DNA of 64,000 nucleotides from Cetorhinus maximus (Eukaryota). The translations under genes were made by a program, and so were the position numbers. This document shows positions 1-12,869 of the stretch, one piece after another. Below the pieces are notes generated by a model, which did no database searches, had not been told where the DNA came from, and saw only the letters and a list, made by a program, of their open reading frames with translations. Numbering within the stretch: the stretch's first letter is position 1; every line of letters starts with the position of its first letter. The stretch lies in the NCBI RefSeq assembly GCF_964194155.1, contig NC_135881.1, positions 185,752,001 to 185,816,000 of the forward strand, written 5' to 3'.

Positions 1-1896
1 AGGTGATCATTAGTAGCTCCTCAGAGATAATGAGGTTTGAGATTTCCAAACCTGCAAAATGGTTTCTTTTGTCCTGTGGGTCACAGACATACACAGTTTC
101 AGCCATTTTAAGGATCTTTGTTCAGTTTTTAAAATTTTAGAAATAGCCAAGACGATATCTATATATATTTTATAAAAGAATATACAGTGTGAGGTCTTAG
201 TCCTCACAATAGTCTCTCTAAGGAACCTTCACTTATATTTTCTTTCTCATATACTGAATAACCAGATTCACATTTAAAGAATTTCCAATATTTTCTTCTG
301 TTCTTAGTCAATTTAAATTTCCAAAAAGTTCTTCACATTTCAATCGTTTAATTGGAATCACCTCCAGAGTTCAACATTGTTTTTCCTTTTGTTTTGTTTT
401 AAAGCGATGAGTCTTTTGTTGTCGTCACACTTTTTTTTAACCATTTACAATAGGAAGGCCCAGAGCTATCTTAAAATGCGCTTTTCAATTAAATTTTTCT
501 TTCGGTGACTAAATTCACAGGACAGCAGAGCTTATAGATTTGTATTAATATTCAGATGGCTTATCTGAAGCCATTGTCTTGGAGACAATGAAAGATAGTT
601 TGATGCTTCTGTGACCATTTAAACACATGGCTGTTGAATTTAACTGAACTCAACAGGGTCCAAAACTAAATTAGATTGGTGAACTCTCCTCTCTAGGAAA
701 GGTGGGTATTCGGTTTGGACTAAAAGCTGATGCAGGAATCAATTTGTTTTTAAATAAAACCAGACGCCAAAAAGGCAGGCAATGAAGTGATACAGGAAGG
801 TTCTAAAATGACTAGAGAGTGCACAATGAAAAGTTCTGCTCTGAACTGTAGGATAGGATGCAGAGTGATAATCCTATTTAAGTTAAGTAAAACATCCCAC
901 CTAAATGTGAGTAGCGAAGCATGTTCCGTTTTGTGTAACTATACTAATGTTAGTTGTACCAAGTGAACTAAGTGACTCGAAGCAGACATGTTGCCCCGTA
1001 CATTTCACGTTGCTTAAAGCAACTTTATATTCAAACTGAATGTTGTCTCATTTTTGGCTCAGCCTGCTTTCAGAGAGAGACACACTTGTGAAAGATGCTA
1101 GTATCCAGTGCGGTTCACAAGGGAACTCTACTGTTCCACACCTGGGCTAGGCTTTGATACAAGTCTGTGCGGGGCAGTGTGAATTAGCTCCCATACACAT
1201 AAAGACTACTTGTGGGAGGAGAGAAGTCTGAGGCAAATTAAACAATTTTCCAACATCCCTTACCTCCAGTTCAAGAGCATCTTTGATAGACGCTGAGAAC
1301 AGTTTACTTGGAATGGCAATTGGGCATGAAACATTAAAAAAGGAGACAAGTGAAGTAGAAATCAAAAATAGATATTAAAAGAAAGATTGGTTTCAGTACC
1401 AGATTGATGAGTTCTTAGCATGCAAGATTCTGGAAAGAATTGTAATATCGGTGCCTAGCCGACTTTGTGTGGCCAATTTATTTTTGTCTCAAAGTTTATA
1501 ATCCCTAGTATAATTTTCAGAGGATAATTTAACAACTTGCCACTAAAGTTTGCTTTCTCAGAAATTTACTAAGTAAATGTCCATGGTTCTTACAGAGTTA
1601 TTTCTTATCTATTCAAGTACACAGATCCTATTGTACAGCACTTCTTGCAAAAAATGGCCTTCATTGTGTAGCCATCAAGGAAAGGTATTCCAGTAAATTC
1701 ATAGTTGGTGTTTTGGTATATTTTTACACAACTGTTTCATTTTATTTCCATTGCTGTTCTGGATTTAAAATATCCCTTTCTACTTACAGATAAAGCCCAT
1801 TGTACGGGGATTATTGAACATGAAGCTGTGAAAATGTTTCAAATGTCTTCCACTGGATGCCAACAGTGGCTTCTTTAATTGTTTCTTTTCCTCAAC

Positions 1897-2343
1897 CTTG
1901 GTTCAGTGGTGTCACACTTGCCTCTGAATCAGAAGGTTGTCAGTTTGAGGCCCATCCAGAGAGTTGATCACATAATTCAGGCTGACACATTGGTGCCATA
2001 CTGAGGCAGTCCTGCACTGTCAAAGGAGCAGTGCTCCGAATGAGGGTTTAAACTGTATCCCTGTTTGCCCCCTCAGCTAGACATAAAATATCCCACGATA
2101 ATTTTCGAAGAACGGGGATGCTCTCTCTGCTGTCCTGGCCAATATTTATCAGTCAACCAACATCACTAACATATCGGGTCATTAACTTAATGCTGTTTAT
2201 GGGAACACCTTGTGCACAAATTGGCCACTGTGCTTCATTACATTACAATGGTAACTACATTTCAAAAATACTTCACTGTCCTTAAATATCTTAGAAAACC
2301 TCAGGTCATGAAAGGTGCTATATCAATGCAAGTTCTTTCTTCT
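1897..2343 (+). mobile_element. tRNA-derived SINE with Deu-domain-like 3' half (DeuSINE-like)
   Basis: tRNA-like head (ttggttcagtggt...gaatcagaaggttgtcagtttgaggccc). Deu-like core (tgtgcacaaattggccactgtgcttcattacattacaatggtaactacatttcaaaaatacttc) and tail gaaaggtgctatatcaatgcaagttctttctt. Partial copies at ~4560-4815(+), 5115-5270(-), 6900-7110(-), 30400-30555(+), 37170-37470(-), 39750-40110(-), 55030-55200(-). Confidence 0.7.
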
Positions 2344-2435
2344 TCCAATCGACAAAAATATGTGAAAAAATGACAGAGGAAGGAATTATAATGCTGGTTT
2401 CAGTCAAAGCTTCCCGAGCCAGCAGATGAGTTAAT

Positions 2436-2572
2436 GGGCGGGATTTTCCGGTCCCTCCCGCTGTGGGAATCGTTGCAGGCGGGATGGGAAATTTGGCAGA
2501 CTAGCAAAAGGTCCGTTGACTTCGGACAGGAATTTCCGGTCTCCCGGCAGGCGAGACCAGAAAATCCTGCCC
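2436..2572. mobile_element. Short non-autonomous TIR element (Harbinger-like MITE)
   Basis: Termini gggcgggattttc / gaaaatcctgccc are inverted repeats; GC-rich interior. Confidence 0.6.
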
Positions 2573-2884
2573 ATTTCTGGCTCCTGTGTGACACTAGCCC
2601 AGAAACAAAGGAGCTCTTCTCATGGATTCTTTCGCCATTAATTAGTTCTGCTCAGTAGCTTCTGAGCACTGGTTACATTTTAATGTTGGTGGAAAGTCAA
2701 TGGGAGTGCTGATTCTCTTGAGATCATATATGCAAATGAGCATAAACTGAACTCCAGTGGGCCACCTTTAAATCTTTCCATATATTGGCTGCAGCTACAC
2801 TCCACCTAATGCAGAAGTCACTTGCAGTAGGTGGCCTCACAACCCTTGAAAACACTTAGCACTGATCCAAAACTGGCCTAAAAA

Positions 2885-3095
2885 CACAAATGCTGGAAAT
2901 AGTCAGCGGGTCAGGCAGCATCTGTCGATAGGGATACAAAGTTAATGTCTTAGGCCAGTGACCATCCATCTGAGGCTATCAATCTGAAATGCTAACTCAG
3001 TTTCTCTCTCCAGATGCTGCTTGACCAGCTGAGTATTTCTAACGTTTTCTATTTTCATTTCAGATTTCTAGTATCCGCAGGGTTTTGCTTTTGTA
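2885..3095. repeat. Palindromic Penelope-like terminal repeat
   Basis: aaatgctggaaatagtcagcgggtcaggcagcatctg followed by its inverted copy (cagatgctgcttgaccagctgagtatttct). Same motif at ~14925-15052, 18090-18220, 35265-35425, 37010-37150, 45255-45390. Penelope attribution is from recall. Confidence 0.55.
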
Positions 3096-3731
3096 TTAGT
3101 ATAACTGGTCAGTTGGGTGTAGTTTCACTCCTGTGATTCAACACATAGTGGATTCCTGATCCAACCCAAATGCTTGTCTTTGAGTAGAAAGGGAAAATTG
3201 GCTGGAGAATCATTTGGCTTTACAAACAGCTAATGATGGAATAACAGTGTCAAAGCTTTGGAACTTGTCTTGTGCACCTGTCTTGCACAGGTCAGATGAG
3301 AGGACAAGACAGAGAATGGAAGAATGCACAGAAAATTACAGCCAGCAGGAGAATGACAGTGCTTAAAGCAGCCAAGACCCAGAGAAGGGATAATCATCCA
3401 GGGGTCCCACTCCTGGGCAGAATTCTACAGCCCCTATTCCATTGAGGGCGGGGCTGGAAGATGTGGTGAGCCATTCAAAAGTCCATTGACTTTGTAAAAT
3501 CCCACCAGTATAAAAGTCCCCCCCACTCTCAATCTCTATTCACTGACCATTGTGCAATGAATGCATGTGTTGACCTGTGTGCGAGGTTAGGCTCATGCTT
3601 CATTGTCATGCCCACCACAGAACAGTCCTCCCACAGTGACTTTTTGGTTGATTTAACATAAGAGCTCTTGCATTCGCTTGTGAGACCTTTATCACACTGG
3701 ACCAATATTGCTCATAATGATGCCATACTCA

Positions 3732-3990
3732 CCTTTGCCAACCTTATGAGATCATTGAGCCTTTGTGGCACTGTGTCCAGACCCTCCTCACCACATCCAC
3801 ACTGCTGACCTCCTCAACCACCTCCTTCCACACAGTATGAGTCTGCCTGGGCTTCTTTCTCTTCCCAGCGCTCAGAATTAGCTCTTCACGTCTCCCCTCA
3901 ACTGCACAGAGGAGGGCACTAAGGGTGGCCTCACTGAACCTGGGGGCACCTTTGTCCCTTTTGGAGTGCCTCTCCACAGGCTCTGATGAC
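3732..3990 (-). mobile_element. Harbinger-type Myb/SANT (NAIF1/MSANTD-like) DNA-binding ORF remnant
   Basis: APRFSEATLSALLCAVEGRREELI...WKEVVEEVSSVDVVRRVWTQCHK matches the Myb/SANT-like pattern (PRFS..L..L....W..VA.......R...QC.KR). Frameshift near the 3' end, followed by a donor-like AAG|GTGAGT. Confidence 0.65.
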
Positions 3991-5284
3991 ATGGAAACAT
4001 CTATGTATGGAAATATTTCACTAATGTACAATTCACCAATGACTGAAGCTGGTAGACTTGCTGAGTTATGAACATTTTGTCTGCTCTGAGGTTTTAGATG
4101 GTTGGCAGATATAAACACAAATTAAAATAGGCTTACCTGGATAGACTATAAAAGTCAAAATTCATCATTTTACACACTTTCTGCTCCTCAGAGATCAGAT
4201 GATGGGTCCCCTGACACTGTCTTGTGCCGGGGGTGTGGGACGGGGGTGGGGGGGGGGGGGGGGTTGTGGGGGTGGGGTTTGGTGGGGGGGGGCCTATAAA
4301 GAGCTGGCGCTGACCTTGACCTGGGTCACGGCCTCCAGCCTCCAAGACTGGACACCCCGCCCTCCAGCACACATTGGGCGGGATGAAGTTCTGTAACCAC
4401 CCACCACCCACACCCGCACCCCCCCCCCCCCCCCCCCCCCGCCGCTAATTGGTGGCAATTTGTGTATTATCGGGCACACTCTGACTTAGGGCCTGGAAGT
4501 CAGAAGTCCCACGGGTGATGAACCCGCCATTGGCGTGGGACTGTTTTATTCAGCTCCTCATTTTACCTCTCAGGTGGACGTGAAAAGTTCCACAGAACCA
4601 TTCAAAAAATCCTGTCAAGTTCTAACCTTCTGAACATTATTTATCACTCAACCAACATCTAAAACAAATGATCTGCTCATGTGTTTAATTGCTACTTGCA
4701 GGAGTCTGCAAATGCAACTTAACTATTCTGCTTTGTACTTCAAAAGTACTCTATTGACTGAAAAGTGCTGTGGACGTCCTAAGGTTCTGAAAGGCGCTGT
4801 AGTTCTTTTCTTCCTATCATAGCTAAATCTTGAATAGACAAATGTGTTATATAAGTTGGTGTGCTTCCAGAGTAAACATTTGGTGCCTATATGCTTTTAT
4901 TATTGTGAGATCATCAGGATAAGGTTACAGAAACTGCTAACAATGTTCTATGTGCACCAGTCTATTGCTCCAGTAGAATTCTGTGCATTGGATCTGTAAA
5001 GGAATGGTCAAATGTAGCTTTCTTTACCATATGTAAAGTGTATGGCTTCAGCACCTCGTCAAAGGGAATGTGCCAAAAAAGGTTAGACCCTGTCCCAAAG
5101 GTGAAGATTGGCGCCTTGCACAAAATTAGGATATCCCAAAGTATTTTATAACTAATTAAGTACTTTTTAAGTATAGTCATTGTTATAATGTAAGAAACAC
5201 AGCAGCCAATTTGTGCATAGCATAGCAATACAGTAATGGCCATATAATCTGTATTTAGTGATGTCGGCTGAAGGCAGTTTAATT

Positions 5285-6880
5285 CATTCATGAGATGTGG
5301 ATGCCATTGACAAGGCCAGCACTTACTGCCCAATCCCAAAAGCCTTAAGAAGGTGGTGCTAAGTTGCTGACTTGAACCACTTCACTCTGTACTCCCACAG
5401 TGCTGTTAGGCGTGGAGTTCCAGGACAATGGGGCAATACATTTTCAAGCCCGGACAGTGCATTACTTGGAAGGGAACTTGGAGCTGTTGGTGGTTCTAGG
5501 TGGTAGAGGTTGCTAGTTTGGAAGCCGTTTTTGAAGAAGCCTTGGTGAATTGCTGCAGTGCATCTGGTGTAAGGCACACACTGCACCTAATATGCGCTGG
5601 TGGTAGAGGGGATGAATGTTTAAAATTAAACAGCATGACACTCAAGTGGGCAGCTTTGTCCTGGATGGCGTTGAGCTTCTTGAGTGTTTTTAGAGTTGCA
5701 CTCAAACAGACAAGTGGAGAGTATTCCATCACACTCCTGACTTGTGGATTGTGGGTGGTTGGAGGCTTTGGGAATCAGGAGTTGAGTCACCCATCATAGA
5801 ATATGCAGCCTCGGACCTGCTCTTGTAGCCACAGTATTTATGTGGCTGGTCAGTTAAGTTACTGGTCAATAGTAACCCCCAGAATGTTGATGGTTTGGAA
5901 TTTGACAACAGTAATTCCATTGAATGTCATGGGGAGGTCAGTAGACTTTTTCTTATTGGAGATGGACATTGCCTGTCATTTGTGTGGCACAAATGTTACT
6001 TGCCACTTATCAGCCAAAGCTTGAATGTCAGCCCTTACTGCATGTGGGCACGAAGTGCTTTAATGCCTTAAGAGTTGTGAATGATACTGAACACTGCAAT
6101 CATTAGCGAACTTCCCCACTTCTGACCTTATGATGGAGAGAAGGTCTTTGATGAAGCAGCTGAAGATTGTAGGGTCAATGGCACTGCTTTGAGGACACCC
6201 TGCAACAATGTCCTGAGGCCAAGATTATTGGCACCTAACAACCACAACCTTTGTGTTAGGTTTGACTCCAACCAACAAAGAGTTTTCCTATTGATTCCCA
6301 TTGACGTCAATCTTGCTAGGGCTCCGTGATGCCACGCTCAGTCAAATGCTGCCTTGACGTGAAGGCAGTCAATCTCACCTCACCTCTGGAATTCTGCTCT
6401 TTTGACCATGCTTAGATGAAAGCTGTAATGAGGTCTGGAGCCATGTGATCCTGGTGGAACACAAACTGAGTATGGGTGGGTAGGTTATTGGTAGTAAGTG
6501 TTGCTTAATGGTGCTGTCAACAACTTTCCATCACTTTGCTGATGATCGAGAGTAGACTGATGGGACAGTAATTGACCTGATTGGACTTGTCCTGCTTTTT
6601 GGAGATGACATACTCTGGAAATTTTCCACATTGTCAGGTAGAGGCCAGTGTTGCAGTTCTGGCTAGTTCTGGAGCACAAGGCTTCAGCACTACAGCTGGT
6701 ATGTTGCCAGGGCTCATAGCCTTATATCGAGTGAACTCAGTCGTTCCTTGATATCATATGGAGTGAATTGGTTGAAGACCAGCTTCTGTGATGGATATGG
6801 CCCTAGGAGGAGGCCACGATAGATCTTCTGGCTGAAGATGGTTGAAAATGCATCAGCCTTGTCTTTTGCTCTGCCATCAC
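5285..6880 (-). mobile_element. 5'-truncated CR1-group LINE, decayed RT and 3' UTR
   Basis: Remnants such as MEYSPLV and WKISRVC and a decayed DIKAAFD-type region. Same family at 14140-14900(-), 41975-43160(-), 57400-58955(+). Confidence 0.8.
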
Positions 6881-9800
6881 TGATAAATATTGGCACAGGG
6901 AGATAATAGTGCCACGGGATTTTTACTCCCAGCTGAGAGGACAGACAGGACCTTAGTCTAATATATTATTCGAATGACAGCATTTCCAATAATGCAGTGC
7001 TGCCTTAGTACTGCATTGGAGAGTCAACCTGCACTTTTAAGATCCTGCTGTGGGGTTTGAACCTACAATCTTCTGACTCGGAGGTTAAAATGCTGCCAGG
7101 TGAACAACGGCTAACACCTATTAATAGTTAATAATCACCAGGTAAAGTGCCCAGGCCGTTCTCCTGTGCCTCTTAGCATTCAGATGCCTGGAGCCAATTG
7201 TCTTCCTTCTTCATAATGGGACATTGTGGCATATAGAAGTCTAAAGTGAGCATTGAAAGAAAACATTAAATAACTTGCACAACAAAAAAGATTCATGGGC
7301 ATTGTACTTTACTTTCTGAAATGTTGATTGAGGTTTATAAAAATGTTTGTTAGGTTGACTTTATTTTCTCCATATTAAGTGTTTCAAACTGTCCATCTAT
7401 AATACATCAGCTTTTATAGCTTTTGGAATAGTGTGTAATTGACTCACAATTAATCTTCGTAAATTAGAGTCAACCTGCTAACCAACTAAACAGCTATGTT
7501 ACACAATATTCCGTCAAGTAAGAATATAACTTCTCATAACCCCAATACTAACCTTTCCATTCCTGCATTTTCTGTTTTATTTCAATTTGCAATTTATTTT
7601 TACATTACAAGAGTTTGTACCTGGGCTGATCAGTAGCAAGTGACATTCATTATGGGCAAGTGCGAGTACTTGCATATTGGGTGTAAGGATAGGAGGCTCT
7701 TATACTCCATGGAAAGGACAGAACTGAGAAGATATTGAAAGAGGCTGAATTGTGTTAATTGACTCACCATGTCCAAACAGTGTGAAGTGGTAATAAAGGA
7801 AATAAATAGGATGCTGGGTTATAATGGCAGACCAGTTGTTTTCTTAACCCCACATGTCACACTGAGGCTATACAACCCTTCAGGTCATGCATGGAATATT
7901 ACGAACAGTTCAAGTCACTCTGGCATAAGACAATAAGATAACTTACAAATAGGGGAAAAAAGAAGCTAAATTTGCAGATGATGCTAAACAGGGAGGAACT
8001 GCAAACATCAAGGGCCAGGCTGATCAAATACTGTATTAGATTGAGGAGCTGATGAGTGGCAGATGTCATTGCAATGTGGACAAATGCAAAGTTATAACAT
8101 TAGGAGAAGACAACAAACATTGGCAATGAAAGCTTAATGGCATTATCGTACAGAATACAATGTAGCAATGGGAGTTTGTGGAGTGGGGTGGGGAGGTGTG
8201 GTATTGGTGGATTGACTTATAAAGAAAGAAAAAGAAAAAAGAAAGAAATGAATAAATGAAGAGATTCATGTTCATGAAGGGCAAATTTAGGACTGATTTT
8301 TAAAATTACTGCTTTACAAAGGAGTTGATGAAAAGCTAGAACAGGAAGGGATAGAGGACAAGGCATTTGTTCATTTAGTAAACACTTAGATGGTATAAAA
8401 TGTAAATGATACATTTGAGTCTTTTTTTGGAAGGATGAGTGCAAATGGGCTGAAAGGTCTTCCTCATTGGAAGTTATCTTGTGATAATGTATATTTTTTG
8501 TCGTGCAGAAAAGCTGTAGATGAGGGACTACAAATGTACTTAGATTCAACTCTGAAGCTCTGATACAACTTGTATAATGGAAACCCTAATTATATTTAGA
8601 ACCATCTGTGCTTCACTGCTATCTTGTCATCAGTTATGGATACTGAAATTCTTATTAGCGAGAGAAACAATTTCCAAGAATTGAACGTAACCTTTACGAA
8701 CCCTTCAAGTTTAGAGATACGGGTACAAAGCCTCTTCTTAATCCTGTTAACAAATAATCCTTGCTGATTTGCCTACTCAATGGCAACTGTTAATTCTTAG
8801 CTATCAGCAATGATAAATCTTCCCCTCCACATTTCATTATTTTGACATGGCAATTGGCATTTAAAAGAGGTAATTATTTCTATTATGTTGAATATTAATG
8901 ATTCTCTATAGAATTTCTGGCAATGTTACAAACTAATGAAGAACCAAGTGACTGGACAGGTGGCTCATGACTCAAAGCTAAATGAGTTACAGAAACCCAC
9001 CACATTTTGTGATTTAATTTTTTCCTCGAGCCCCATTGGGTATCCTGTTTATCATAGACGACCAGCATGGTGTAGTAGTTTGGAAATATGAAAATGTTAA
9101 CTTTAAGATTTTAAGATGTTAAGATTTATAAGCAGCATTTATCATCACAAAAAAGTTATATTTTCCTGTACTTGATCCCACTGTTCTGGAATTGAGTTGG
9201 ATACATGAAGATTTTCCAGATTGGTCGTAAGCCGCACTTGGAATTCGTCTCTTCAGTCAGGCTACTTTAGGGCTGAGACATTGATCTTCTCTCTCCTGGA
9301 ATTTTTGGGCCTTGGGACGTTCATCATCAATCAACCAATTCTATGATCTGTCCAGCAATCATCAGCCTCACCACCGCAACCTCCAGAATCAATGGGGGGA
9401 CAATTGAACAAATGTTATTGTCCTTCCTGAAGCTAGCTCTATAAGCATTCAGGCAAAGCTCCTGCAAAACCAACTTCAATAGAATGGACACTGTATCCAG
9501 ATGGCTGTAAAATATCTACCTCGCCAGGTCATGTTTTCTCAACTCTCAGATGGCCAATGTTCCAGGGGGCGGACAAAAAAAACTTTGAAGACACTCTGAA
9601 GTTCTCCTTCAAGCGCAGCAGCATTGACATTAATGGGAGAAGCTTGCTATCAATCGTTCAAAATGGTGACAACTTGTCCATCGAGCTGCATCACGCTTTG
9701 AGTCACAACAGCTTAACGATCACTTAGACCTTTGACCTGAACAATGACATAAATTGGGTGATACCAATGCTTTAACCTCAGTTGCTTCTGTGCCAAAACT

Positions 9801-10185
9801 AAACTGACCACCATAGATATACACAATCTACAGTTTGCAGATGACTGCAGTGTCATTGCGCACCAGATTTGCCAGCCACTCCTGATGTCTTCAGTTCTAC
9901 ATAGAAGAAACTTGGCCTGTTCTTGAAAACAAAACTCATATCAACATACACCTGGTCATCCAAAAATTCCACCTCCCTTATCTGTTGAAGGAGAGAATCT
10001 GGAAAATATTGAGCACTTCCCACACCTTGGCAGCCACCTCTCTCAAAAACCATTATTAACAAGGAGCTCCAAAACCCAATCAGCTCCCCAAGTTCAGCCC
10101 TCTACAAACTAGTGTTTGACAACAAAGATCTCCACAAGTCAGCAAAAGTCCTAGTGTACAAAACAGTTGTTGTCATCACACTCAT

Positions 10186-10255
10186 CACAAAAGTATAATT
10201 ATCATAATACGATTGTGATTTATTGTAAAAGTAGGTTAATAGTGGGATTGGATAG

Positions 10256-10293
<38 letters not shown>

Positions 10294-11092
10294 ATTTAAT
10301 TGGATTGGAGACAGCTGATCTGGAGGCTTTGACTTATCAAAAGAAGCTAGGTTGAAATGCTAAATATGTAAACATGGCTGAAGTCTTAGAATGTAAGGTG
10401 AGGAGATTTGCATTTTTAGATAAATCAGGGCAGTTTGAATTTCAAAGAGATGGTAGGATGTTTACACCTAGCCAGAGAAGCTAGGCCAAGAAGTGTTTTT
10501 TTATTTTTCCCAAAGCTTACTGACAATATTAGCACCATGAAAAGATTTATATTATGAGAAAGGTAAAGTTCCAAAGACATATGGGAACAATAGAATTTAC
10601 CTTAAAGGGGAGAAACATGTATAAAAGGAAATGAGGCTATGTGTTAGAGAGGCACTGTAAAATCTAACAGAAGTGTGAGAAGCCTCTAGTATTTGTGCAT
10701 TAAGCCTGCTGTCTACAGAAACCAAAGCTCGGAAAAGCCATTTTGAAATCTACTGTCCAGGGTATTGTGTTGACTTGCTTGGAACTGTTTAAGATCTTTT
10801 TTTACTGTTGCCTTAACAGGTGTAACTGGAAGCCATATTAATTGGGGGGTTTTAGAAGTTATTATAGTAGTAATTTGTAGACCTATGTATGTGCTTGAAA
10901 TCTTTTCTTTTATTAATAAATGTTTAATTTAGTTTTCTAAAAAATCACTTAAGTCTTGGTGGACTTATTACTTCTGAATTCAGGGCATGCATCTTGAAAT
11001 AAATACAAATTTCAAAACCATTGTGATAGCGTGATCAAGTTTCCCTTGTGGATTTGATCCGCTTGACACATATCACCTGCCGTGTCATAACA
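10186..11092 (+). mobile_element. Solo-LTR-like insertion
   Basis: Ends in ...gtcataaca; TATAAAA at ~10620 and AATAAA at ~10915; cacactcat occurs on both sides (10177-10185 and 11091-11099). 5' terminus degenerate. Confidence 0.5.
10260..10290. repeat. (TG)n microsatellite
   Basis: Direct observation; another at ~19877-19909. Confidence 0.95.
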
Positions 11093-11844
11093 CACTCATG
11101 TACTGCAGTGAGAGCTGGACTGTGTATCAGCGACACATAGGAGTACTGGAGAAATTATATCGGCAATGCCTCCGCCGCAACCTCCAGATTCAATGGGAGG
11201 ACAATTGTTAGTGTCCTTCCTGAAGCTAGTTCTACAAGCATTTAGGCAAAGTTCCTGCAAAATCAACTTCAATAGAATGGACACTGTATCCAGATGGCTG
11301 TAAAATATCTACCCCGCCAGGTCATGTTTTCTCAACTCTCAAATGGCCAATGTTCCAGGGGGCGGACAAAAAAAACTTTGAAGACACTCTGAAGCTCTCC
11401 TTCAAGCGCAGCAGCATTGACATTAATGGGAGAAGCTTGCTATCAATCGTGCAAAATGGTGACAACTTGTTGATCGAGCTGCATCACGCTTTGAGTCACA
11501 ACAGCTTAATGATGAAGCAGAGTGGTAGCAGAGAAGGAAAGAAAAGGAAGAGAAGCAAATCCTGCACTATGGATCCCACTACCTCATGAGACATCCTGCC
11601 CTATATGCTCAAAGATCTATGGGTCAAGATTCGGCTTTTTCAGTCAGAAACCTGAGACCTTGAGTAGGTGTCGTCATCGAAGGGACAGCCAGTGTCAATA
11701 AGTACTTTGGAAATGTGAAAATACTGACATAAGATTTACAAGCAGCATTTATTATCACAGGAAATTTATATTTTCCTGTATTGCTGTGCAGAGTTGCTGT
11801 TCTCTGCTGCACCAATGTTGCAGCTGGTGAGCTCAATGTGTCTG

Positions 11845-12245
11845 GGCCTGTAATCTCTAGAGTTTCGCAGAATGAGAGGTGACCTACAAAATGCTTAAGA
11901 GCGATAGACAGAGTAGGTGCAGGTAAGATGTTTCTCCTGGCTGGGGAGTCTAGAACCAAGGGCACAATTTCAAAATAAGGGGGGGAACCAATTAGGTCTG
12001 AAATGGGGAGATTTCTTTTACTCAGAGGGTTGTGAATCTTGGGAATTCTCTACCCCAGAGGGCTGTGGAAGCTCAGTCATTGAGTATGTTTAAAGTAGAG
12101 ATTGACAGATTTCTAAATGCCGATGACGTATGGGGGTCAAGTGGGAAAAAGGCATTGAAGTGGATGATCAGCTATGATCATATTGAATGGCGGAGCAGGC
12201 TTGATGGGCTGAATGGCCTACTTTTGCTCCTATGTTCCTATGTCA
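11845..12245 (+). mobile_element. CR1 LINE 3' end
   Basis: Typical 3' region (ttctctaccccagagggctgtgga...gggctgaatggcctact...ctcctatgttcctatgt). Confidence 0.75.
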
Positions 12246-12869
12246 GTGATGTTTGCACCTTGGAAAATTGTATGTGGTGCTGCTACTGTCATTTTTGATG
12301 AGCTAGAGGGTAAAAAAAAGGATAGAAATTAGAAATTTTTCATAGTATGATCAGACAGGTAAATTGTGTATCAGGGTATTGTGTATCAACTGACCTGTAT
12401 TTTAAGATATTGTCCCTTATTTTTTGGAATGCTTGTCCTTAAGGGACGTCTTTTGTCCCTTATTCCTTAGATGACCGCCCAATGTCATTAAAAATGACTA
12501 CCAACCATGTGTCAAATCACTGAGAGATTTCTAGTTCCAAGCCAGCTACAATCCAGTAGCTAAAATGGGTCTAGGGCCACCTTGTGGCCAACACATGTAT
12601 TGTAGGCCATCTGGTATTTTTATTGTATTCACCTCGAGAAATCCCATCCAGAAGTATGTCATCCCATTGCAATCTGGTGCTTGAGAAAGGTTAATTTAAA
12701 CAGCTGGAAGGTCATGTGCTATGTACGCCCAATAGGGAGCACCAAGGCAGAAATTTACTGCCACATGATTGTCTTACCAAAATTCAAACCGAGAAATGCG
12801 TGGAGTATGCTGTGGAGATCCCAAACATGTTTTTGAACTGTCTTTTCGATGTCTTAAGTACGTAAAAAA

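Larger units (their letters stand above)
9180..11690 (+). mobile_element. RTE-like LINE fragments, rearranged and interrupted by an LTR-like insert
   Basis: QFADDC (~9831-9848) and IEHFPHLGS (~10008-10034) motifs; C-terminal part resumes at ~11091; duplicated piece at 9374-9720. Confidence 0.6.

Noticed and set aside
1897-1960. tRNA gene
   Set aside because: Degenerate tRNA-like head of a SINE; no complete cloverleaf.
4200-4480. Gly/Pro-rich ORFs (also 19605-20384 and 22436-22765)
   Set aside because: Products of G/C homopolymer runs inside repeats.
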